Source of the DNA: Nitrospiraceae bacterium | GTDB taxonomy: Bacteria; Nitrospirota; Nitrospiria; Nitrospirales; Nitrospiraceae | DNA: 64,000 nucleotides | Assembly (NCBI GenBank): GCA_052389595.1 | Contig: JBQTHT010000009.1 | Coordinates: 207 to 64,206 of the forward strand | Direction of reading: 5' to 3' | Shown here: piece after piece, positions 26,601-35,009 of the stretch | How positions within the stretch are numbered: the stretch's first letter is position 1 | Layout of the letters: the number at the start of each line of letters is the position of its first letter | Made by a program: the position numbers and the translations under genes | Notes under the pieces: generated by a model | The model's input: the letters and a program-made list of their open reading frames with translations, nothing else | What the model was told of the DNA's origin: nothing | Database searches by the model: none

Positions 26601-29600
26601 GAGATCGGCGTTGTACTCAAAACACCCTTCTAGTGCTCCACCGGTTTCCGACATCTCGATCGTGAGGTCGAACTGGCCTGTGCGCTGGGGAATCACATAG
26701 GGCTTGATCTGGAGAGGCCCGCGGTCTATCGAGACCGGGGTTTGGTCGAACTCCGTAGCTTCCTCAAGAAGGGTCAGAAGCGTGAATGTTTGAAGAACAA
26801 ACAACGCCTGAACGAGCGGCGCGCGGGTGAGATCTCGAACTGGTTGAAGTTGTTCGACCAGTAACGAGAACGGGTAATCCTGATGGTCTATGGCCTCAAG
26901 GACCGTGCGTCTCGTCTGTGCCAGGAACTCGATGAATGGGAGGCTCCCGCTGAGGTGATCACGAAGGACTACGATGTTGACACAGTCGCCTACCGTCTCC
27001 GCAAATGCAGCCCGGCTCCGGCCAAACATCGGAGAGCCGATCAGAATGTCGTCCTGACCGGTGCTCCGATATAACAACACTTGAACCGCGGCTACCAGCA
27101 TCGTATAGAGCGTCGTACCCTGGGCTTTCGCTAGCGCCTTCAGTCGTCTGGTCAGCGCTTCACTGAGTCTAAAGCTCCGCCACGCACTGTTGTCCCGTTG
27201 AATCGATGGTCGAGGGCGATCGTGCGAGAGATCCAGGACGGGTAATTCTCCTGATAATTTCTGCTGCCAATAGGCACCCAGGACTGTTCCCTTTGAACTA
27301 GCCAGTAAGCCGTCCTGCCAACGGACAAATTCTGAATACTGCTTCGCTGCAGGGAGAACGTCCGTATCTTCATTCGTGACAATGGACCCATACAGCCGCC
27401 GGAAATCCTCCACCAGAATCTCCATCGACCACCCATCCACGGCAATGTGATGTGCGACAAGCAACAGCCACGCGTCGGTTTCTGATCGTCGAAACAGGTG
27501 GGCTCTCCAGACAGGACCTCGCTCGAGATCAAATACGGCTTCGGAAGCTTCCGCTGCTGCGGCTTTGACTCTCTCGAACGTCCAGGTCGCTGCATCCGTC
27601 GCTTCAAAATGAATCGAGAGCATAGAATGAATCTGCTGACACGGCAGTCCGTGCTCCACGGCATAGGTGGTTCGAAGGATCGCGTGGCGATCGCCTAACG
27701 CTTGTAATGCATGTCGTAAGGCAACAAGGTCGACCGACCCTCGGACGGCAAGCATGAGAGCCGCATTCGCCGCCTTACTATCAGGAGCAAGCCGGTGCAA
27801 AAACCACAGCGCTGATTGATTGTGAGACAAAGAAGAGCGCGAAGACTTCTCATCGGGCGCCTCGCTTGTCCGGCCGGAAGGTAGACCGGTGACAGAATTC
27901 AGGACAAGCATCCCCAAAGCATGAATCGTGAGATCATTCAGCAACGTCGAAAGAGAGATCGATACTCCGAAGCGGAGTTCAAGTTCATGCGCGATCTCCG
28001 CAGCCATCAGTGAGTCGATCCCCAGCATGTTGAGGGACTGATCTGCGCTCAACCGCTTTGGAGACACATGCAACAACTTGCCTACAAGGACCTCTAAGTA
28101 GGCAATCAGCAGGGTTTCCCGTTTGTCTGTGGGTATGGCTAAGAGATCGTCCCGCGTCAGACTTTTCTCGTGATATTCCTCTGCCTCTTCACCAAGAACG
28201 CTGGTAGTCAGGGTTGTGAGCCGATTCGATAAGAACGCGTCTTTGCACGCGCGCCGCTGAAGTTTTCCGCTGGATGTCTTTGGGATGCTTCCTGCCCGTA
28301 TCAACACGACGGCGTAGACTTGCAGATCGTGATATTCCGAGATCGCGCTCCGAATTGCGCCTATAACGGATGCACTATCAGTCATTCTCTCCCTGCGCTC
28401 GACCTCTTGAACGACCACGAGCCGCTCTTCCCCTTCGACATCCACAGAAAAGGCCGCACCAGGAGCTTCCCGCAGCGTGGGATGGCTCCGTGCAGCAGTC
28501 GATTCGATGTCTTGAGGATAGTGATTCCGGCCTCGGATGATGATGAGATCTTTTAGCCTCCCTGTGACAAACAGTTGTCCCTCGTGGAGAAACCCCAAAT
28601 CGCCCGTACGCAGAAAAGGTCCTTCTTCAACACCAGACAGAGACGCCTCAAATGTGCGTCGCGTTTCCTCCGGACGGTTCCAATATCCCTTGCCCACACT
28701 TGGATCTCTCAACCAAATTTCTCCGATGACATGGGAAGGACAAGGCGTTCTTGTTTCTGCGTGGACCACAGCAACCTGCGTGCTTCCGACGGGATGCCCG
28801 CAACTCATGACCGTACGCACGTCTTTGGAGCCCTCTCTAGCTTGCCGTACTATCCCCTTCTCCAAGGCTCGCCCGTCAAGATGCAGAAAATTAGGCTGTT
28901 CATTCTGCCGTTTGAGCGCGGCAAGCAGGGTGAACTCGGCGAGCCCATAAGCCGGATAGAATGCCTCTCGTCGAAATCCCGATGGCTCAAACGCCTCCAC
29001 GAATTGATCCATGGTCTCTTTTGAGATCGGTTCCGCTCCACAGCTGGCCACTCGCCAAGAGTGAAGATTGAGCTCCTTCCGCTCTTGTAATGTTATGGCC
29101 CGCACACAGTGGCGATAGGCAAAATTCGGCCCTCCACTATGCGTGACGCCATATCGCTCAATGGCTTCCAGCCATCGGGCCGGCCGCTTCAGAAACGCCA
29201 GGGCAGGCATTAAATAGGTGGGAATTCCGGCAGAGAGAGGCTGCACAATTCCCTTCACCAATCCATAGTCATGGAAGTGGGGCATCCATGACAATGTCAC
29301 GGCGTGTGAGCCGTAGCCTCCGTCTTGTGTAATGTATCGACAGTGATGGAGGAGATTGCCATGACTCACCATCACTCCCTTCGGTTCTGAAGTAGAGCCG
29401 GAGGTGTATTGCAGATACGCGATACGATCGTGAGTATACTCAGGCTGCCTCCATTTGCCGAACCAGTCTTCGTGAATCTCCTCCGCGGCAAACCACGGGA
29501 TACGACCGTTCCCTTCCCTCAGGGTGATCTCGCTTTCACAACTGCGTTTTGTAAGGCTTGTGGTGAGGATGGCGGAGATTTGAGCATCCTTCACGATCGA

Positions 29601-29942
29601 TTCGAGGCGAGGCTGGCTTTTCTTGATTCGAAGGAGGTCAACAGGCGGAGTTGGGACGGCCAAGACACCTGCGTACAAGCAGCCCCAAAAAGCCCGCACA
29701 AAATCAAGGCCGGGAGGGAACAGCACGAGCACGCGATCCCCTACCCGAGTTTGGCTCTGAAGAAAGCCCGCCACCGCGCGAGCCTGCCGATCCAGCTCGG
29801 CATAGGTCAACGAGCCATCGATCTTTAGCCCATCTTTGAGAAAACAATAGGCCAGCCTATCCGCCTGATGAACAGCTCTCCAGCAAGCCAGTTCGACGAG
29901 AGACGTTAAGGAAGGGAGACCGTCAAGACTATCTTTTTGCAA
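20673..29942 (-). CDS. non-ribosomal peptide synthetase, FAAL-ACP-C-A-T-C-A-T-TE
   Basis: 3089-aa ORF. The FAAL-like starter carries LQYTSGSTSEPKG. The ACP Ser codon is at 28012-28014 (LGIDSL). C1 HHIAVDG is at 27432-27452. A1 has the YTSGSTGKPKG motif. The T1 Ser codon is at 24759-24761. C2 HHIISDQ is at 24165-24185. A2 has YTSGSTGQPKG. The T2 Ser codon is at 21591-21593. The TE spans about 20673-21440. Confidence 0.95.
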   Translation of the reverse strand: MQKDSLDGLPSLTSLVELACWRAVHQADRLAYCFLKDGLKIDGSLTYAELDRQARAVAGFLQSQTRVGDRVLVLFPPGLDFVRAFWGCLYAGVLAVPTPPVDLLRIKKSQPRLESIVKDAQISAILTTSLTKRSCESEITLREGNGRIPWFAAEEIHEDWFGKWRQPEYTHDRIAYLQYTSGSTSEPKGVMVSHGNLLHHCRYITQDGGYGSHAVTLSWMPHFHDYGLVKGIVQPLSAGIPTYLMPALAFLKRPARWLEAIERYGVTHSGGPNFAYRHCVRAITLQERKELNLHSWRVASCGAEPISKETMDQFVEAFEPSGFRREAFYPAYGLAEFTLLAALKRQNEQPNFLHLDGRALEKGIVRQAREGSKDVRTVMSCGHPVGSTQVAVVHAETRTPCPSHVIGEIWLRDPSVGKGYWNRPEETRRTFEASLSGVEEGPFLRTGDLGFLHEGQLFVTGRLKDLIIIRGRNHYPQDIESTAARSHPTLREAPGAAFSVDVEGEERLVVVQEVERRERMTDSASVIGAIRSAISEYHDLQVYAVVLIRAGSIPKTSSGKLQRRACKDAFLSNRLTTLTTSVLGEEAEEYHEKSLTRDDLLAIPTDKRETLLIAYLEVLVGKLLHVSPKRLSADQSLNMLGIDSLMAAEIAHELELRFGVSISLSTLLNDLTIHALGMLVLNSVTGLPSGRTSEAPDEKSSRSSLSHNQSALWFLHRLAPDSKAANAALMLAVRGSVDLVALRHALQALGDRHAILRTTYAVEHGLPCQQIHSMLSIHFEATDAATWTFERVKAAAAEASEAVFDLERGPVWRAHLFRRSETDAWLLLVAHHIAVDGWSMEILVEDFRRLYGSIVTNEDTDVLPAAKQYSEFVRWQDGLLASSKGTVLGAYWQQKLSGELPVLDLSHDRPRPSIQRDNSAWRSFRLSEALTRRLKALAKAQGTTLYTMLVAAVQVLLYRSTGQDDILIGSPMFGRSRAAFAETVGDCVNIVVLRDHLSGSLPFIEFLAQTRRTVLEAIDHQDYPFSLLVEQLQPVRDLTRAPLVQALFVLQTFTLLTLLEEATEFDQTPVSIDRGPLQIKPYVIPQRTGQFDLTIEMSETGGALEGCFEYNADLFDAETIERMQEHFHVLLKGIVEQPGQPLSELPLMTADERRQVLVAWNDTRTKYSDTRCLHELFDAQVARAPEAVAVMHEERRLTYRELQRRANQLGHRLRKCGVGPDVLVGLCVERSVDLIVGLLGILKAGGAYVPLDPEYPKKRLTAMLEDARAPILVTQQHLNARLPDHDAQTIYLETSSSTIVQVDEECSASGVTSGNLAYVIYTSGSTGKPKGVMVEHRSVVNYAEAMATQVHLVPGDRTLQLASISFDTAAEEIFPCLMRGATLVLRTSAMLDSMSGFLQKCREWQVTVLDLPTAYWHQLATHLHAERLGLPPDVHSVVIGGERALRQPLVAWRQHVGHRVKLFNTYGPTEVTVAATMCDLTEPETDLNSVREVPIGRAIQNVQVYVLDPHLQPVPIGTPGELFVAGVGLARGYFKLPDLTAERFIRNPFNSDTHARLYRTGDMVRWAANGTLEFLGRVDRQVKIRGHRIELGEIETALATHAGVREAVVEVREELPGDKRLVAFVVAAPQSALSVEQLRLFLRERLPDYMIPSAFVELDTLPLTPNGKVDRKALQAPATSRARIPHLTSQYVAPRDPTEQLLAQLWGEILDLKDVGVHDNFFELGGHSLLATQLFSRLRPLFQREPPLRVLFETPTIADLSTWLQKGRTPLPHAEIPSILPVSRAEPLPLSFAQERMWFLYQLAPESAAYNIPVSVRLSGPFNYEAFDHSLRVLISRHESLRTTFHAIDGRPVQVVHAELPVTIRKVDLRQTSKGSREEEAVGVVTDEARCPFNLSTGPLIRVVLVQMSDEEHLVTVTTHHIISDQWSYGVIARELVHSYNAFCEGKPSAVEPVLQIQYADFACWQRAYLQGPVLDDHLAYWRNRLAEMQILALPTDRPRPATQSFRGTYLSMDLPRSLINSLKQLSIEEGATLYMVFLAGFVTLLHRVTAQDDIAIGTPIANRNLLAIEGLIGTFVNTLVLRTDVSGEPSFRTLLARVRDTTLEAYAHQDLPFDKLVEELHPDRSHGGQPLVQVLFNFANTPFGRVDFKHLSWAPFELDRGASQFDLSLSIDPTLSKRIYLEFNTDLFDRESMERWLGHYRTLLEAIVERPDTAVSRLRLLTEQERRQLLEVWNETTTNDQNDVCFPQLFEARVKECPLRPAVSCQGQEISYHELNEKANQIAHHLRAMNVKAEDLVAVLMEPSPDLVACLLGIMKAGGAYLPLAPGLPTKRISYMLEHSGAALLVTTEKLAKMVSPTATRVIQLDCEQGSLARQSKENPAPQAGLRHLVYVIYTSGSTGQPKGVEIEHVALVNLLQSMRREPGLTAQDRFLSVTTLSFDIAGLEIYLPLLAGATVVMATREEASDGAWLREQLDDHGITAMQATPATWQMVLQAGWTGSPKLQALCGGEALSHDLAQKLLRRAGSVWNMYGPTETTIWSTLEKVDAGAETISIGRPIANTQIYILDSRLEPVPVGIPGDLYIGGLGLARGYRAAPELTNTRFVASPFLRGRERMYKTGDEARWLPDGRIECLGRSDHQVKVRGFRIELGEIESILREEQTIKDCVVISREDTPGEKRLVAYVVLRKGAALDPDQLRRKLREQVPEYMIPPTVEQLDVLPLTPNGKVDRLALPAPGEHPWEMSSRHVAPRSRLELQLAAIWEQVLEVPHISVRDNFFDLGGHSLLALQMFNAIGQSLGKRVPMSLLFQAPTIESLAEVLSHTGCVVRWNSLVAIQPGGAKPPFFVVPGVGGNVLVFARLSKLLGQEQPFYGLQSRGLDGREQPFTRVEEMAAHYVQEIRTVSPKGPYLIGGTCTGGVVAYEMAQQLSGQGERVILTIMESWHPRSHREHRDKPPIWLWPAYWRERLRTVQGFVEGPEMDHTDLVARATFHAVARYEPKAYRGRLLNVIASHRPLSDSTEDTRMAWSEFALLGDRTVFISAEDSGRLFVPPHVRELAHNLQSYLAEEWAIDAGEFQADASRSAGSYDRV
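20696..20714. repeat. CGTGAAGCG-family repeat unit at the NRPS 3' end
   Basis: CCGAACGTGAAGCGTCTGC overlaps the last codons of the NRPS ORF (ADASRS...). Confidence 0.45.
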
Positions 29943-30253
29943 GAGACCCTTTCAAGCATGGTGCACGGCGAGGAATGGCACCGCTTCAAGAATGACATTC
30001 AACAAGAGAGATTGCCTTCAGAGCACAGGTGTCTACCTAAGCACTGGTTCGAAGCCGCCTCAACCCTGTGCAGTCCAGTAAGTCTATGATACATATGGCA
30101 AACGACAAAATATTTCCCCTCTTTCGGTTTATAGATCCTCTACAAAAGGAGGGATTTCCGGGAGTAATAAGGTGAAAAGAACTTGACGAAATTGAGGAAT
30201 TGCCTTACGCCGGGCTACACCATATGGAAAAAAGCGATTGCCTGTAAATAGAT

Positions 30254-30282
30254 TTGAAAAAGCCCCGCGCGCGCGATAAGCT
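30254..30282 (+). promoter_or_regulatory. possible sigma-70 promoter of tRNA-Ser
   Basis: TTGAAA, a 17-nt spacer and TAAGCT are followed by a GC-rich discriminator (GCGCGC) about 25 nt upstream of the tRNA 5' end. This is a by-eye match only. Confidence 0.3.
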
Positions 30283-30307
30283 GCGCGCTCTTCCAAGTAG
30301 GCAAAGA

Positions 30308-30397
<90 letters not shown>

Positions 30398-30540
30398 TAT
30401 CATAACAGTCACGCCGACAAAGTGGACCAACTGAAAAGTAATAAATCGCCCGAAGAAGGTGGGATTCGAACAGGGGTTATAAGGGGGGGGGTGCCTTCAT
30501 GGGGTGACCGGAGCGCAGCATAGGCGCGAGGGAGCGCGAC

Positions 30541-30563
30541 TTCGAACTCCGCCCTCTCCGCCA
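30541..30563 (+). repeat. degenerate duplicate of the tRNA-Ser 3' end (T-loop to CCA)
   Basis: TTCGAACTCCGCCCTCTCCGCCA matches TTCGAATCCCACCCTCTCCGCCA (30375-30397) at 20 of 23 positions. The last 12 nt are identical. No matching 5' acceptor strand lies upstream, so it is not a functional tRNA. Confidence 0.6.
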
Positions 30564-30685
30564 AACCAAGCTTCGCGACGGAGGCTATCCAACCAGCAGC
30601 GAAGGGATACGACCTTTGGCTGTTTCGGATGAGTTTCTGAAGCTTCTTCGGAGTGTGGGGAGGAAGAGTCTGTTTCAGTAGCTAT

Positions 30686-32197
30686 TCACATTGGATTCGG
30701 CGCCGAGCATTTCCGCCACAATGCCTTCCGTAACTCCACCATGGCGAGCGTATCGCGGCCGCAATATTGAAGGAGTGACTCTCGGATATTCATCCTCTCT
30801 ACCCAATCGGTCTCCAGAAACACCATCCGGTAGTATTGACTCGCGGCAACTCCTCCTTCTTTAATCCGTAAATCGCCGTATCCCAACGAAGGCACAATAG
30901 CCGGCAAGACTGACTTGATGGAGAAGGAGCCGGCAAAGGCGGGATGGTAGTAATGATCTTTAATAATGGGGAACAGGTCCCACAGCCGTTCGATGACCTG
31001 AAGAAGATCTGAGCGAAGCGTCGGCAGCCCTTCCGCCAATCGCTCTAAGATAGCCCGCTCGTAGCTGGAATAGACACAAATGCTACCCCGCTCACCCACT
31101 GAGTCCAGTAGCGCAAGAGTCAGGTCTCGCCTCGGATCGCTGCACTCCTGGTGCAAGTATTCCTCATGCCTCACCTGTCCATCTTCCGTCTCGATGTGAT
31201 TGGACCACTGGACGGGAATCGTTTGATAGGGTCTTGTCACGGCGTATTTGGGAATGGCCGGCATGATCGTTTCAAAATCCAGATGATGAATAGGATAGCG
31301 AACACTCTTCAACAAAGACTGCAGTTGGGGTCCCGTCCATTCCAGATTGTCCTTCATACGTCGCTGCACAGTAGATAATGTGAAGCTGTCCGGGATCTGA
31401 TCAATCGTCTCGATTCCTTTTTGCGTCAGCGCCTGAAAGGTTCGTTCCTCACCCGGCAGGTAATAGACCCAGCGGGCGGGCTTGTCTTTGACGCAATGAT
31501 CCCAAAACTGACATTCATAAGGAGCGCGACAATGTCCGTCCGGCTTGACTGAAGGAGCAGCCGGCTGATTGAGCATCTCCTTCATCGTCAGTAGTTGCCC
31601 TGGAACATTAAGTTGGCGATCGGCCACGTGCGCACTCAGGTCTTGCAGGGTGAACAGTTGATCAAGATTCGGTTCATGTCCGTCATACACATACTGAATA
31701 TTGATATGCATGAGACAATCGGCGACCAAGCGAATGCCGGTTCCGGTGAGGACATAGTGCTGGATCGCCAAATCAGGAAGATGGATATCCTTCACTCGCG
31801 TGGACGACTTCACCTCGATCAATCGCCACGAGGCCGTTCCGACGTTCTCCGCCTCAACCCGCTCCAAAATATCGACTCGAACCAGCACGTCGTCGAACCG
31901 GAATGCGCCTTCGAAGATCGCGGGCACGTCCGGATCGTTGAGGAGTTCAGCGGTTCGCTTCAATGCCTCTTCCGCATGCCGGTGACTGGCCTCCACAAGA
32001 ACGCCGTTGGGAAAACACCGGCGAGCCAATTCACCCACCTCGGTTCCCATATCCAGGATCGATCGCGTCGCTTCGCTGGGCTCGGTGGCTAACTCCGGGG
32101 AGTGAACTTCAAGATACAGCCGCTTGTGACATTGGAGACCGGAGAGGAATTTTGACTTTGACAGACGGTGGGCGGTTCGCTGGGACAAGACAATCAT
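30686..32197 (-). CDS. DUF2779-family protein (PD-(D/E)XK nuclease-like N-terminus)
   Basis: N-terminal LSKSKFLSGLQCHKRLYLEVH and the IEVKSST motif are typical of DUF2779 / Cas4-RecB-like nuclease folds. Confidence 0.65.
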   Translation of the reverse strand: MIVLSQRTAHRLSKSKFLSGLQCHKRLYLEVHSPELATEPSEATRSILDMGTEVGELARRCFPNGVLVEASHRHAEEALKRTAELLNDPDVPAIFEGAFRFDDVLVRVDILERVEAENVGTASWRLIEVKSSTRVKDIHLPDLAIQHYVLTGTGIRLVADCLMHINIQYVYDGHEPNLDQLFTLQDLSAHVADRQLNVPGQLLTMKEMLNQPAAPSVKPDGHCRAPYECQFWDHCVKDKPARWVYYLPGEERTFQALTQKGIETIDQIPDSFTLSTVQRRMKDNLEWTGPQLQSLLKSVRYPIHHLDFETIMPAIPKYAVTRPYQTIPVQWSNHIETEDGQVRHEEYLHQECSDPRRDLTLALLDSVGERGSICVYSSYERAILERLAEGLPTLRSDLLQVIERLWDLFPIIKDHYYHPAFAGSFSIKSVLPAIVPSLGYGDLRIKEGGVAASQYYRMVFLETDWVERMNIRESLLQYCGRDTLAMVELRKALWRKCSAPNPM

Positions 32198-32277
32198 CCT
32201 GCCGGCGCAGCGTACAGAACAGACGTCCCATTGTCCAGCCCTATTGCGCGTCTCTCCATCTGATAGGATAGGCCGTC

Positions 32278-33603
32278 ATGAATAGGCGCATTACTCAAAT
32301 CCGCCGAGCCGTGCTGACCCTGGCGCTTCCTGTGACAATCAGCAGCCTGCTGCAGAGGACCGAAGGCATCGTCGCGGTGTTCCTGGTCGGTGGATTGGGA
32401 GTGACATCCATCGCCGCTGTTGGGCTTGGCCAGTTGTTCGCATTCATGGGCACTACCTTTCTCGCAGGTGTCTCAGTCAGTGCGACCGTCATGATTGCAC
32501 AATTGTGGGGTGCGCGGCGGCATCGCGACGCAGCCGAAGCCGGGACGCACGCGCTTCTCCTCTCCTCGATCGCAGGACTGCTGCTGATGAGCATGGGGAT
32601 CATGTTTAACCGCCCCGCCATGCAATTGCTTGGAGCCGAGCTGGAGGTCATCGAATTGGCTGGTCCCTATACAAATATTATCTTCCTCGTCATTCCTCTC
32701 ACGGTGTTTATCCAAGTCTTGTCCGGCATCCTTCAAGCAAGCGGAGACACGCGCACGCCGATGTATGCGTTGATGGGCGTTAATGTCTTACACATATTCG
32801 TCGCCTACCCTTTGATCTACGGATACTGGGGCATGCCCCATTGGGGAATCAAGGGTGCGGCGATGGCCGTCGCTGTGGCCGAGTCTTTCGGCACGCTCTT
32901 TCTCTTCTGGCGCTGCCGGCCACTTCTTGCTTGGCCGGAGCGTATCCGTCTCCCTCTCCTCAGAGCCATGTGGACCGTCGGTGCGCCGGTGTCTGGAGAG
33001 CGCATCGTTCAACAGGCTGGCATCATGCTCTACACAAAACTCGTGCTTCTTTACGGAACTCTTTCGTATGCGGCCCATCAGGTCGGTCTTTCCATCGAGT
33101 CCTTGTCATTTCTTCCCGGTTATGGTTTCGCCATTGCTGCGGCGACAATGGTGGGCCAGAGCATCGGAGCCGGAAAATACACGCGAGCAAAGATCGAAAA
33201 TTGGGAAGCCAACAAACTCGCTTCGCTCATCATGGCTGGAATGGGGGTCGTGTTTTTCTTCTTCCCTTATGGCCTGCTCCGCGCCTTCACCGATGATGAG
33301 GCGGTAATCCAGCTTGGCACCCTGTTTTTGCAGATCGTAGCCCTGTTGCAGATTCCGCTGGCGGTCACCATGGTCCTTGCGGGCTCCCTTCGCGGGGCGG
33401 GAGACACTCGCTCCATCATGGGAGCAACTATGGTGGGCATGTGGCTCGTGCGCTTGCCAATCGCCTGGATCGCCGCGCAATGGCTGCATCTCGAGTTAGT
33501 ATTTGTTTGGAGCGCAATGGTCGCGGACTGGACGGTGAGAATGGCTCTTTTACTGTGGCGGTATCGTTCAGAACGGTGGCGGGCGATTCAAGTGATCCGA
33601 TAA
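32278..33603 (+). CDS. MATE-family efflux transporter
   Basis: 441 aa with about 12 hydrophobic helices and MATE/NorM-like repeats (LQASGDTRTPMY, SLRGAGDTRS). Confidence 0.85.
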   Translation: MNRRITQIRRAVLTLALPVTISSLLQRTEGIVAVFLVGGLGVTSIAAVGLGQLFAFMGTTFLAGVSVSATVMIAQLWGARRHRDAAEAGTHALLLSSIAGLLLMSMGIMFNRPAMQLLGAELEVIELAGPYTNIIFLVIPLTVFIQVLSGILQASGDTRTPMYALMGVNVLHIFVAYPLIYGYWGMPHWGIKGAAMAVAVAESFGTLFLFWRCRPLLAWPERIRLPLLRAMWTVGAPVSGERIVQQAGIMLYTKLVLLYGTLSYAAHQVGLSIESLSFLPGYGFAIAAATMVGQSIGAGKYTRAKIENWEANKLASLIMAGMGVVFFFFPYGLLRAFTDDEAVIQLGTLFLQIVALLQIPLAVTMVLAGSLRGAGDTRSIMGATMVGMWLVRLPIAWIAAQWLHLELVFVWSAMVADWTVRMALLLWRYRSERWRAIQVIR

Positions 33604-33630
33604 GGATGGGGTCTCGTCCGCCGGCAGCCC

Positions 33631-34977
33631 TTAGCAGCTTTTCGTTGAAGGTCTGGTGTCCTTTCCCGGTCCCGTAGTGATTTCGATACGAGCCACCGCC
33701 TTCACGTTGGCACAGAGATCACCGAGTCCGGGGGTCACCAGGCGGAACGGGCCGCCTTTCGCAGCCGGTAACGAAGCTCCCTCCATCTCATAAATCAGCA
33801 CTCCATATTCCTCTGCCTGCTTGAGCGTGAGACTCGCGGCAAAATGTCCATCAGAAGAATGAACTGTGACATGGTCTGCTCCGATGGCCAGCGCCGGCAC
33901 ATCTAGAAGGCCTCTGAGACGAATCCCCCTGCCCTTCATACCGGGCAGGATCGTGCTGATGTCCGCCACCTGGTGTTGGGACGGCAATTTCGCCAGAGTC
34001 TGCCGGTCTAATACCACAGACTGAATAACAGCCCCGTCGATCCGCAAGACGCCCGGGCCGGTCTTTTCTTGTCCAGTGATGGTCTTGATGATCGCCGTGA
34101 GTGCTTCATTCACGGGAGTGGGAATACCCAATTGTCGGCCCATCGCAGTCACGTATCCGTTCAAAGAATTGATCTCGGTGGGACGGCCCGCTTTCCAATC
34201 ATCATACATCGACGTATGAATATCCCGAATCTCTTGTGTCCAACGCACCACGTTCTCGGCCATATCGGGAGCCAAGGGAACTTTGAGCGCCGCTGACACC
34301 GCCGCAACCTCACCGACAATTTGCTGAATGACGTGGAGCATTTCTGGATGATCCAGGGCTTTGGAGACTCGATCGTTGATCAAAACGGTCAGCGGATTGA
34401 AGACACAGTTCCAACACATCTTTTCCCATTTAGTCCGGCGGATATCGCCGGAGATCTGACAGGAAATTCCCGCTTGCTTGAACAGCTCACGAATTTTCAG
34501 CACCCGTTCGCTCTCATGCCCCATCAACTCACCGATCGCCAGCGATCCCTTCTTGTAATGATCGATCACACCGGGCTCAACAACCTTCGAGTAGATAAAC
34601 GCCACACCTCCTACCACACAATCCCGCTTCAAGCGCGCGAGCAATCGATCTTCCGTATCCACACCATTCTGCAAGGTCAGGATGACAGTCCCGTCCGTCA
34701 TGACCGGTTCAACGTGACTCAGCGCTTCCTCCAAGTCATAGGCCTTGACCGACAAAATAATAAGATCAGGCGCTGGCAATTCCCGTGATTTGGACGCGGC
34801 CCGAGGACGAACCGTGAAGGCTCCAGTTGCGCTCCGGATCGTAAGGCCATTCGCCCTCACCGCCTCCAGAGTGGTCGGTCGGAGTAAAAACGACACGTTG
34901 AGGTTGGCCTTAGCCAAGTGGGCTCCAAAAAACCCTCCGACCGACCCAGCTCCCACCATCATGATCTGTTGCATCAC
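33631..34977 (-). CDS. ketopantoate-reductase-family (ApbA/PanE) protein fused to a molybdopterin-oxidoreductase-like domain
   Basis: The N-terminus has a GAGSVGGFFGAHL Rossmann motif and an ApbA_C-like middle part. The extra C-terminal ~140 aa (...GPFRLVTPG....NVKAV..IEI) resemble the Oxidored_molyb fold. Confidence 0.7.
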   Translation of the reverse strand: MMQQIMMVGAGSVGGFFGAHLAKANLNVSFLLRPTTLEAVRANGLTIRSATGAFTVRPRAASKSRELPAPDLIILSVKAYDLEEALSHVEPVMTDGTVILTLQNGVDTEDRLLARLKRDCVVGGVAFIYSKVVEPGVIDHYKKGSLAIGELMGHESERVLKIRELFKQAGISCQISGDIRRTKWEKMCWNCVFNPLTVLINDRVSKALDHPEMLHVIQQIVGEVAAVSAALKVPLAPDMAENVVRWTQEIRDIHTSMYDDWKAGRPTEINSLNGYVTAMGRQLGIPTPVNEALTAIIKTITGQEKTGPGVLRIDGAVIQSVVLDRQTLAKLPSQHQVADISTILPGMKGRGIRLRGLLDVPALAIGADHVTVHSSDGHFAASLTLKQAEEYGVLIYEMEGASLPAAKGGPFRLVTPGLGDLCANVKAVARIEITTGPGKDTRPSTKSC

Positions 34978-35009
34978 GCTCTCCTCTGGCTCTGTCGCGC
35001 CACTATAGC

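Noticed and set aside
30440-30563. Possible tmRNA, tRNA-Sec or second tRNA-Ser. The cues were GGATTCGAAC...GGGG and a 3' end ...TTCGAACTCCGCCCTCTCCGCCA.
   Set aside because: There is no 5' strand complementary to CCTCTCC within range, and the T-stem has only 3 of 5 pairs. There is no G3:U70 pair and no discriminator A for tmRNA. The segment is far too short for a tmRNA. No acceptable anticodon loop for Sec exists, because CTTCATG has a pyrimidine at position 37. I kept it only as a tRNA 3'-end duplicate.
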